From the NCBI GenBank assembly GCA_963675295.2, contig CAXXKJ010000002.1:1344001-1408000 (forward strand): a stretch of DNA of 64,000 nt. Direction: 5' to 3'. Each line of letters opens with the position of its first letter. The stretch's first letter is position 1. The position numbers and the translations under genes were made by a program. The notes below the pieces were generated by a model that did not search any database, was not told the origin of the DNA, and saw nothing but the letters and a program-made list of their open reading frames with translations. This DNA comes from a bacterium (lineage in GTDB: Bacteria; Electryoneota; Electryoneia; Electryoneales; Electryoneaceae). Positions 56,420 through 64,000 of the stretch are shown here, piece after piece.

Positions 56420-57610
56420 ATGGCGAAGGAAGTATTTGAGCGGACGAAGCCCCACGTAAACGTGGGAACGATTGGTCACGTGGACCATGGCAAGACGACG
56501 TTGACGGCCGCGATGACGTTGGTGTTGTCGAAGGCGGGCGGTGCGGAATTCCGTTCGTTCGATTCGATTGACAACGCTCCTGAAGAGCGTGAGCGTGGTA
56601 TCACGATTGCGACGGCTCACGTCGAATATGAGTCGGAGAACCGTCACTACGCGCACGTAGACTGTCCGGGTCACGCGGACTACGTGAAGAACATGATCAC
56701 GGGTGCTGCGCAGATGGACGGTGCGATTGTGGTTGTGAGTGCAGCGGACGGTCCGATGCCGCAGACTCGTGAGCACATTCTGTTGGCCCGTCAGGTGAAC
56801 GTGCCGGCGTTGGTGGTTTACATGAACAAGGTCGACCTGGTTGACGACGAAGAGTTGTTGGACCTGGTCGAGCTTGAGATGCGTGAACTGCTTTCCGAGT
56901 ACGAATTCCCGGGCGACGACATTCCGATCATCCGTGGCAGTGCATTGGAAGCGTTGAACAATCCTGATGACGAGAAGGCGACGACGTCGATCTTCGAGTT
57001 GATCAAGGCGATTGACGAGTACATCCCGGAGCCGGAGCGTGCGACGGATCAGCCGTTCCTGATGCCGGTTGAGGACGTGTTCTCGATTACGGGTCGTGGT
57101 ACGGTAGCGACGGGCCGTATTGAGCGTGGCATTGTGAAGACCGGTGAAGAGGTTGAGTTGGTCGGTCTTGGTGCGGCTCGGAAGACGGTCGTGACGGGTG
57201 TTGAGATGTTCCGCAAGATCCTGAACGAGGGTCAGGCGGGTGACAACGCGGGTCTGTTGCTTCGTGGTGTTGACAAGGATGAGATCGAGCGCGGTATGGT
57301 GTTGGCGAAGCCGGGTTCGATTACTCCGCACACGAAGTTCGAGGCTGAGGTTTACATCCTGAGCAAGAACGAAGGTGGTCGTCACACGCCGTTCTTCGAT
57401 GGGTATCGTCCTCAGTTCTACTTCCGTACGACGGACGTGACTGGCGCGATCAAGTTGCCTGACGGTGTCGAGATGGTGATGCCTGGTGACAACATCAAGA
57501 TGGTTGTCGAGCTGATCGCCCCGATCGCGATGGAAGAGACGCTTCGTTTCGCGATCCGTGAGGGTGGCCGTACCGTCGGCGCCGGTGTTGTCGCGAAGAT
57601 TATCGAGTAG
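56420..57610 (+). CDS. tuf: Elongation factor Tu
   Basis: [26 protein letters not shown]; 396 aa. Confidence 0.99.
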   Translation: MAKEVFERTKPHVNVGTIGHVDHGKTTLTAAMTLVLSKAGGAEFRSFDSIDNAPEERERGITIATAHVEYESENRHYAHVDCPGHADYVKNMITGAAQMDGAIVVVSAADGPMPQTREHILLARQVNVPALVVYMNKVDLVDDEELLDLVELEMRELLSEYEFPGDDIPIIRGSALEALNNPDDEKATTSIFELIKAIDEYIPEPERATDQPFLMPVEDVFSITGRGTVATGRIERGIVKTGEEVELVGLGAARKTVVTGVEMFRKILNEGQAGDNAGLLLRGVDKDEIERGMVLAKPGSITPHTKFEAEVYILSKNEGGRHTPFFDGYRPQFYFRTTDVTGAIKLPDGVEMVMPGDNIKMVVELIAPIAMEETLRFAIREGGRTVGAGVVAKIIE

Positions 57611-57784
57611 TCTGGCGCAACCGGCGGTGGAATTGCCGGAGCGTTAAGCATAGATGTATTCGCGGGCGGCCGTGAATTCACAAGGTCGCCCGCGGAGCTT
57701 GATTCGAGCGGGTTGGCAGAAGATCGCAACCCGCAGCTTTGCCTAGGCGGGGCAACGGTTCAGGCGCGATGGGGAACAGGTTCG

Positions 57785-57934
57785 ATGCGTGTTAAGGTGG
57801 TCGTGGAGTGTGAGGAGTGCCATTCCCGGAATTACACGCTGTCGAAGAACAAGCAGGAACACCCGGACCGTCTGGTCGTAAAGAAGTACTGCCCTCGGTG
57901 CAACAAGCACACGATGCACCGGGAAAGCCGCTGA
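57785..57934 (+). CDS. rpmG: 50S ribosomal protein L33 (Zn-binding form)
   Basis: [15 protein letters not shown]...KN...RL..KKYCPRC.KHT.H.E; position after tuf. Confidence 0.95.
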   Translation: MRVKVVVECEECHSRNYTLSKNKQEHPDRLVVKKYCPRCNKHTMHRESR

Positions 57935-57939
57935 CAAGC

Positions 57940-57998
57940 GAGGGGTGTTTGAGGTATGAGGTGTTGGGGTTGCTCATGACTCACAACTCACAGCTCAG
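57940..57998. repeat. Inverted degenerate 7-mer arrays between rpmG and tRNA-Trp
   Basis: TTGAGGT ATGAGGT then CTCATGA CTCACAA CTCACAG CTCAG. Confidence 0.65.
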
Positions 57999-58010
57999 AC
58001 CTGTTGTTAA

Positions 58011-58083
58011 AGGACACTAGCTCAATTGGTAGAGCACCGGTCTCCAAAACCGGGGGTTGGGGGTTCGAGTCCCTCGTGTCCTG
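58011..58083 (+). tRNA. tRNA-Trp (CCA)
   Basis: AGGACAC/GTGTCCT acceptor, CCGGT-CTCCAAA-ACCGG. Confidence 0.96.
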
Positions 58084-58186
58084 CCTAGGGATGGTGATTC
58101 CCGGCTCGGTTAGACCGTGTCAACAATGGACCGCCGGACGTTTTGCAGGATGGCAGAATGGCCCGGTCTTCTCCCAGAGGTTGGAG

Positions 58187-58369
58187 ATGTTTAAGAAGGT
58201 TGCGGAATACATCCAGAATGTTCGTGCCGAGATGAGCAAGGTGACCTGGCCGACTCGCGGTGTGTTGCTTGAGTCGACGGGGATTACACTGATGCTGTCG
58301 GTCATGCTGGCGATTTTCATTTTTGCGGCTGACTTCATCATCTCGCGTGTTATTCAACTGATTATCTGA
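58187..58369 (+). CDS. secE: Preprotein translocase subunit SecE
   Basis: [10 protein letters not shown] + single TM; GGAG RBS; synteny. Confidence 0.95.
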   Translation: MFKKVAEYIQNVRAEMSKVTWPTRGVLLESTGITLMLSVMLAIFIFAADFIISRVIQLII

Positions 58370-58382
58370 CGTCAGTTTGTCC

Positions 58383-58925
58383 ATGGAATGGTACGTCCTA
58401 CAAGTTTTCACCGGCCAGGAAAATCGCGTCAAGGAATACCTTGAGGCTGAGTTGGAGCGGCTGGAGGAATATCGGGAGCTGGTTGGCAATGTGCTGATCC
58501 CATCCGAAGAAGTTGTCGAGATGCGTGACGGCAAGAAGCGAACCAAGCGTCGCAACTTCTTCCCCGGCTATTTGCTGGTTGAGATGGAGTTGACGAAGCA
58601 CAGCAAGCACCTGGTACTGAACACCCCGGGCGTAATGGGGTTTATCGGTGGATCCGGGAGTGATCCCGAGCCGCTGCAGAAGGAAGAAGTGGACCGCATT
58701 CTCGGCCGTGTGGAAGAGAGGGCGGGTCAAACAACCGTTGAAATTCCGTTCCTCGTGGATGACGTGGTGAAAATCGCGGACGGTCCGTTCAAGGACTTCC
58801 AGGGGACGATTAAGGAAATCAACGCTGAAAAACGGAAGTTGAAGGTTCTCGTGTCGATTTTCGGTCGCGAGACCCCGGTGGAGGTCGATTTCCTCCAGGT
58901 AACGACGGATTTCAGCGAGTCCTGA
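58383..58925 (+). CDS. nusG: Transcription termination/antitermination factor NusG
   Basis: [42 protein letters not shown]. Confidence 0.98.
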   Translation: MEWYVLQVFTGQENRVKEYLEAELERLEEYRELVGNVLIPSEEVVEMRDGKKRTKRRNFFPGYLLVEMELTKHSKHLVLNTPGVMGFIGGSGSDPEPLQKEEVDRILGRVEERAGQTTVEIPFLVDDVVKIADGPFKDFQGTIKEINAEKRKLKVLVSIFGRETPVEVDFLQVTTDFSES

Positions 58926-58935
58926 GGCACAAGTC

Positions 58936-59361
58936 ATGGCGAAGAAAGTCATCGGCATTGCGAAACTCGTGATTCCCGGCGGTCAGGCGTCTCCGGCGCC
59001 CCCTGTCGGTACGGCGCTCGGTCCGAAGGGCGTGAACATCATGGAGTTCGTCAAGGCGTTCAATGCGAAGACGGCGCAGGTTCCGGGTGAGTTGACACCG
59101 GTGGAGGTGACGGTCTACCAGGATCGTTCGTTCACCTTCATCATGAAGACCCCTCCGGCCAGCTATTTGATCAAGAAGGCGATCAAGCTGGACAAGGGCT
59201 CGGGCGAACCGAACCGCACCAAGGTCGGCACGATCAAGCTGGACCAGGTACGCGAGATCGCGGAGAAGAAGATGCCGGATCTGAACGCGCACACCGTTGA
59301 ACAGGCGATGCACATCATCGCCGGCACGGCCCGTTCGATGGGCGTTATTGTGGAGCAATAG
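58936..59361 (+). CDS. rplK: 50S ribosomal protein L11
   Basis: A.PAPPVG.ALG..GVNIMEF, KTPPAS, GTARSMG. Confidence 0.98.
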   Translation: MAKKVIGIAKLVIPGGQASPAPPVGTALGPKGVNIMEFVKAFNAKTAQVPGELTPVEVTVYQDRSFTFIMKTPPASYLIKKAIKLDKGSGEPNRTKVGTIKLDQVREIAEKKMPDLNAHTVEQAMHIIAGTARSMGVIVEQ

Positions 59362-59362
59362 G

Positions 59363-60091
59363 ATGAAGCGCAGCCGACGCTGGAAGGAAGCGATGGCAGA
59401 TGTCGATCGCTTCCGCGAATACCAGCTCGACGAGGGCATCGAGCTCATCAAGAAATTCGCGACGAAGACGAAGTTCGACGAAACCGTCGAAGTGACCGTC
59501 AATCTCAACGTCGACCCGCGGAAGGCGGATCAGATGATCCGTGGAACGCTGACCTTGCCGCATGGTACGGGTAAGCAGGTGCGGGTACTGGTTCTGACCA
59601 AGGGTGAGAAGCAGGTTGAGGCGCGTGAGGCCGGTGCGGATCACGTCGGATTCGATGAGTTCATTGACAAGATTACGAACGAGAACTGGTTCGAGTTTGA
59701 CGTACTGATTGCCACGCCGGATGTGATGCGTGATGTCGGTAAGCTTGGGCGTGTTCTCGGTCCCCGTGGCCTGATGCCAAACCCGAAGACCGGTACGGTC
59801 ACTTTCGACGTCGGCCAGGCGGTGCAAGAGGTGAAGGCGGGTCGAATCGACTTCCGTGTTGACAAGTATGGTATTGTCCACATCGGAGTCGGCAAGGCGA
59901 GTTTTGAGCCGCAGAAGTTGGCGGACAATGTCCGTGAGGTAATCGGCACGTTGACTCGTATGCGTCCGGCGGCAGTCAAGGGCGTTTACATCAAGCGTGT
60001 AACGCTTTCCTCGACGATGAGTCCGGGGGTACGGCTTGACCGTGCTGATGCGGCTGGATCAGCTGCCCGAATGGTGGTGGCTGCCGTCTAA
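59363..60091 (+). CDS. rplA: 50S ribosomal protein L1
   Basis: KFDETVE, DQMIRG...[28 protein letters not shown]. Confidence 0.98.
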   Translation: MKRSRRWKEAMADVDRFREYQLDEGIELIKKFATKTKFDETVEVTVNLNVDPRKADQMIRGTLTLPHGTGKQVRVLVLTKGEKQVEAREAGADHVGFDEFIDKITNENWFEFDVLIATPDVMRDVGKLGRVLGPRGLMPNPKTGTVTFDVGQAVQEVKAGRIDFRVDKYGIVHIGVGKASFEPQKLADNVREVIGTLTRMRPAAVKGVYIKRVTLSSTMSPGVRLDRADAAGSAARMVVAAV

Positions 60092-60177
60092 GCTTCGGAA
60101 TCGCGAGACCGATTCCTCAAATTGAGTATCCCATCCTCCTGAAGTTGGGGAGAGGCGAACCTTAGCAGGGAATACCG

Positions 60178-60735
60178 ATGGGTGAGATCACGGCGAAGGC
60201 CAGCCCGTTAAAGAAGAAAGCTCTCCAGACCCTGGAAGAGCGGCTGGCAGACAAGAGCGCGGTCATCTTCACGGACTACCGTGGGTTGAGCGTAGCACAA
60301 ACGAACCAGCTGCGTAGCAATTTCCACAAGGCTGAAGGCGGGGAGTTCCTCGTCGTGAAGAACAGCATTCTCAAGATGGCGCTTGAGAAGCAGGGACTCA
60401 CGATCACGGACGAATCCCTGTTGAAGGGGCCGACGGCGATTGGCATATCGGACGAGCCGGTATCACCGGCGAAGACGCTTGCTGATTTCGCGAAGGGTCA
60501 TGACAAGCTGGTCTTCAAGGGTGTGTTGGTTGATGGTGAGTTTTACGGTGCGGACCGTGTAAAGGATTTCGCGTCGCTGCCGTCAACGGAAGAGATGTAC
60601 GCGAGCATCGTGGGCAGCATTGCGAGCCCGTTGAGCGGCTTTGTTTCGCTGCTGAACGAGATCGTACGGCAGTTCCTGGCGGTGCTGGAAGCGGTGATTC
60701 AAGAGAAGCAGAAGGAAGAGGGCGCGGCTGCATAA
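60178..60735 (+). CDS. rplJ: 50S ribosomal protein L10
   Basis: DYRGLSV, VVKN, L.GPTAI, LPS.EE; synteny. Confidence 0.95.
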   Translation: MGEITAKASPLKKKALQTLEERLADKSAVIFTDYRGLSVAQTNQLRSNFHKAEGGEFLVVKNSILKMALEKQGLTITDESLLKGPTAIGISDEPVSPAKTLADFAKGHDKLVFKGVLVDGEFYGADRVKDFASLPSTEEMYASIVGSIASPLSGFVSLLNEIVRQFLAVLEAVIQEKQKEEGAAA

Positions 60736-60832
60736 GCCGAACCGCGGCGGGTTACCGTTTGGCGGTACCGGCTACTTTTCCACATGATATAGCAACAAAA
60801 GAACGCATTCATAGCAGGTTTGGAGGTTCGAG

Positions 60833-61213
60833 GTGGAACAGATTATCGATGCCATCAAGAACATGAAGGTGCTTGAGCTCGTCGAGCTGAAGAAGGCACT
60901 GGAAGAAGAGTTCGGCGTTTCCGCGGCTGCAGCTCCGGTCATGATGGCTGGTGCGGCCCCGGCAGCGGGTGGTGGCGAAGCGGCTGCGGCCGAGGAAGAG
61001 AAGACGGAATTTGACGTCGTCCTGAAGGATGCCGGCGCGAAGAAGATTCAGGTCATCAAGGTCGTGCGTCAGCTGACCGGCTTGGGTCTTAAGGAAGCGA
61101 AGGACCTGGTCGACGGCGCTCCGAATACCCTCAAGGAAGCCGTGCCGAAAGAAGAAGCGGAAGACATCATCAAGCAGATTGAAGAGGTTGGCGGCGCCGC
61201 GGAGATGAAGTAA
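60833..61213 (+). CDS. rplL: 50S ribosomal protein L7/L12
   Basis: [40 protein letters not shown]. Confidence 0.98.
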   Translation: MEQIIDAIKNMKVLELVELKKALEEEFGVSAAAAPVMMAGAAPAAGGGEAAAAEEEKTEFDVVLKDAGAKKIQVIKVVRQLTGLGLKEAKDLVDGAPNTLKEAVPKEEAEDIIKQIEEVGGAAEMK

Positions 61214-61249
61214 TTGTTCGCGGTACCGGCAGTGCCGGTGAGTGTCTGT

Positions 61250-61288
61250 AACGGCGGAACGCGCCTTCGCAGGAGCGCTCCGCCGTTT
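61250..61288 (+). terminator. Hairpin/attenuator between rplL and rpoB
   Basis: AACGGCGGA..GCGC/GCGC.TCCGCCGTT stem followed by TTT. Confidence 0.55.
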
Positions 61289-61476
61289 CGTGCCGTTTCG
61301 GCATGCGGTACCCCGGTTCTCAGCGATGCTCGGGTTACGGCGATTGTAGTTGGATTTTTCTGCTTTTGCCGTTTTGTCTTTGCAGTTTAGAAGACTCGCT
61401 GAAACTCCGGGGCTCCGGTGTTTCTGGTACAGCAGTTGGTACCAACTAGACAGTACTCTTACCAGGAGGGTCGAAC

Positions 61477-64000
61477 GTGGCGAAGAAAGAACCGATCACT
61501 CGTCACAGTTTCGCGCGGATTGAGGTCCCCCTGGACATTCCGGACCTTCTCGAGGTCCAGCTCAAGTCCTTCCGCGATTTTTTGCAGCTAGGCGTTCCGC
61601 CCCACCAGCGTGAGAACAAAGGCTTGGAGCAGGTGTTTACCTCGGTGTTCCCGATTGTGGACAACCGGGAAGAGCATTTGCTGGAGTTCGTGGAGTATTA
61701 CATCGAACCGCCCAAGTATTCGGTGGAGGAATGCAAGGAACGGGGTGTCAGCTTCACCGCTCCGCTCAAGGCCGTGTTGCGTTTGTCGACACGGACCGAG
61801 GGCGAGGATTCGGAAGAATTCGATCAGACGATCGAATCGGACGTGTACCTCGGCAATCTCCCGATGATAACGGAGACAGGTACGTTTATCATCAATGGTG
61901 CCGAGCGTGTCATCGTCAGTCAGCTGCACCGTAGTCCGGGTGTGTTCTTCAGTGATTCCATTCACCCGAATGGAACGCGGATTTTCTCTGCCCGCATCAT
62001 TCCGTTCCGCGGCAGTTGGATTGAATTCACGACGGATATCAACAACGCGGTATTCGTCTACATTGATCGCCGGAAGAAATTCCCGGTGACCACGTTCATG
62101 CGTGCGATCGGGTTCAGTTCGGACGATCAGATTCTCGAGCAGTTCGGTTTCAGCGAAGATGTTCCGTTGAGCCGCAAGAACATCGAAAGCTACTTCGGCC
62201 GTCGCCTGACCACCGATGTCGTCGACGAAGAGACTGGCGAGATCCTCGGTGAGAAGGGTGCCGAGTTCGATGATGAGCTGATGAAGAAGATCAAGCGGGC
62301 GAAAGTCCGCCGGATCCCGCTGCTCAAGAAGATCCGTGGCAAGGACAACGAGCACAGCTTTGAGGTGTTGCAGAACACCTTTGCCAAGGACCGCACGCAG
62401 TCTCGCGACGAAGCGCTTGAGTTCATCTATCGCGAGATGCGCAATGGTGATCCGCCCGACGTCGAGACAGCTCACAAGCTGTTGCAGCGCATGTTCTTCG
62501 ATGACAAGCGCTATGACCTCGGCGCGGTTGGGCGCTACCGGATCAACGTGAAGCTCGATTTGGAAAGCGTGCCGGAAGACGTGACGATCCTGACCGATCA
62601 GGACATCGTCGCGATCGTCAAGTACGTGCTCGATCTGAAGAACGGCAAGCGCCAGACCGACGACATCGACCACCTCGGCAACCGCCGGGTGCGTACCGTC
62701 GGCGAGCAGCTCGCGAACCAGTTCAGCGTCGCGTTCAGCCGCATGGCGCGCACGATCAAGGAGCGGATGAATGTCCGCGACACCGAGAAACTGCAGCCGC
62801 AGGATCTCGTGAACGTGCGTACTGTGTCAAGCGTGATCAACACGTTCTTCGGGACGAACCAGCTGAGCCAGTTCATGGACCAGGTCAACCCGTTGACGGA
62901 GTTGACGCACAAGCGCCGTCTGTCGGCGCTTGGTCCGGGTGGTCTGACGCGTGAGCGTGCCGGCTTCGAAGTGCGCGACGTGCATTATACGCACTACGGC
63001 CGGTTGTGCCCGATTGAGACACCGGAAGGTCCGAACATCGGTCTGATCTCGTCGCTCACCACCTATGCGCGGTTCAACGACCTCGGTTTTGTTGAGACGC
63101 CGTACCGTGTGGTGAAGAATGGCAAGGTCACCAAGCAGATCCGGTATCTTTCTGCTGATGACGAAGACAAGTACGTGATCGCGCAGGCGAACGCGCCGTT
63201 GCTGGATGATGGCACGTTCAAGAACGATCGCGTCAAGTGTCGTTATCGTGCGGATTATCCGGTGATGGAGCCGGACAAGATTGACTTCATGGACGTCGCG
63301 CCGACGCAGATGGTATCGTTGGCGGCGGCGATGATTCCGTTCCTCGAGCACGACGACGCGAACCGCGCGTTGATGGGCTCGAACATGCAGCGCCAAGCGG
63401 TGCCGTTGCTGGTACCGGAAGCGCCGTTTGTCGGGACGGGCATGGAGCCGCGTGCGGCGCGTGACTCGCGCGCGATCGTTTCGGCGGAGGAAGACGGTGA
63501 GATCGTCTATGTTGACGCCGAGAAGATCGTGATGAAGGCGCGGCGCAAGGGTGTGTCGAAGGATCGGCAGACCGACTTGCCGCCGATGTACCGCACGTTC
63601 AAGCTGCACAAGTTCGAACGTTCGAACCAGGACACCTGCATCAACCAGCGTCCGCTGGTCGAGAAGGGCCAGTTCGTGCGTTCCGGGCGTCCGCTGGCGG
63701 ACGGTCCGTCCACTGAGCGTGGCGACCTGGCGCTGGGCCGCAACGTGCTGGTCGCGTTCATGCCGTGGCACGGGTTCAACTTCGAAGACGCGGTGATCAT
63801 TTCCGAACGCATTGTGCGTGATGACGTATTCACCTCAATCCGGATTGAAGAGCTCGAGCTACAGGTTCGTGAGACGAAGCGCGGCAAGGAAGAGCTGACT
63901 CGCGAAATCCCGAACGTGTCGGAAGAGGCGACGAAGGATCTCGACGAGAACGGCATTATCCGCACCGGCGCGCTGGTCAAGCCGAACGACATTCTGGTGG
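61477..64000 (+). CDS. rpoB: RNA polymerase beta subunit (5' part; runs off window; absent from ORF track)
   Basis: GGAGG RBS + GTG; PDLLEVQL.SF, GTFIINGAERVIVSQLHRSPG, DDIDHLGNRRVR, SQFMDQ.NPL, CPIETPEGPNIGL, GSNMQRQAVP, NFEDA. Confidence 0.98.
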   Translation, partial: MAKKEPITRHSFARIEVPLDIPDLLEVQLKSFRDFLQLGVPPHQRENKGLEQVFTSVFPIVDNREEHLLEFVEYYIEPPKYSVEECKERGVSFTAPLKAVLRLSTRTEGEDSEEFDQTIESDVYLGNLPMITETGTFIINGAERVIVSQLHRSPGVFFSDSIHPNGTRIFSARIIPFRGSWIEFTTDINNAVFVYIDRRKKFPVTTFMRAIGFSSDDQILEQFGFSEDVPLSRKNIESYFGRRLTTDVVDEETGEILGEKGAEFDDELMKKIKRAKVRRIPLLKKIRGKDNEHSFEVLQNTFAKDRTQSRDEALEFIYREMRNGDPPDVETAHKLLQRMFFDDKRYDLGAVGRYRINVKLDLESVPEDVTILTDQDIVAIVKYVLDLKNGKRQTDDIDHLGNRRVRTVGEQLANQFSVAFSRMARTIKERMNVRDTEKLQPQDLVNVRTVSSVINTFFGTNQLSQFMDQVNPLTELTHKRRLSALGPGGLTRERAGFEVRDVHYTHYGRLCPIETPEGPNIGLISSLTTYARFNDLGFVETPYRVVKNGKVTKQIRYLSADDEDKYVIAQANAPLLDDGTFKNDRVKCRYRADYPVMEPDKIDFMDVAPTQMVSLAAAMIPFLEHDDANRALMGSNMQRQAVPLLVPEAPFVGTGMEPRAARDSRAIVSAEEDGEIVYVDAEKIVMKARRKGVSKDRQTDLPPMYRTFKLHKFERSNQDTCINQRPLVEKGQFVRSGRPLADGPSTERGDLALGRNVLVAFMPWHGFNFEDAVIISERIVRDDVFTSIRIEELELQVRETKRGKEELTREIPNVSEEATKDLDENGIIRTGALVKPNDILV

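Noticed and set aside
60092-60177. L10 leader RNA
   Set aside because: Expected position, but the conserved leader motif could not be recognised by eye

Overview
GC-rich (about 60% by eye) bacterial chromosomal window, probably from an FCB-group/Calditrichota-Electryoneota-like lineage (inference from seven proteins carrying the 'YPNPFN' T9SS type-A/FlgD-like C-terminal sorting domain). 1-55 kb is accessory and metabolic. It holds secreted CTD proteins (an agmatine/peptidylarginine deiminase, two OB-fold/lamin-tail paralogs, a beta-helix protein, two Asp-box propeller paralogs), a MerR + DsrM-like + DsrK-like operon, a tricorn protease and an OPT transporter with a large insertion. It also holds an orphan trpF with a possible membrane anchor, a signalling cluster, and a very AT-rich OLD-like ATPase-TOPRIM gene beside a REP-like cluster. 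These are followed by lysS-alr, an atypical flavin oxidoreductase, a dsbD-trxA-tlpA operon and ald-like + CoA-transferase genes. 55.5-64 kb is the core tRNA-Thr/Tyr/Gly/Thr-tuf-rpmG-tRNA-Trp-secE-nusG-rplKAJL-rpoB cluster. The most distinctive unexplained signal is non-coding. Strand-oriented degenerate 9/10-mer tandem arrays (consensus about AMWGAYGYA) start right after stop codons and run into hairpins, including a four-copy CGGGGACAYTT..AARTGTCCCCG palindrome family. There are also dispersed 7-mer arrays. No CRISPR array, integrase, transposase or reverse transcriptase was seen. All calls are from manual reading; no database searches were run.
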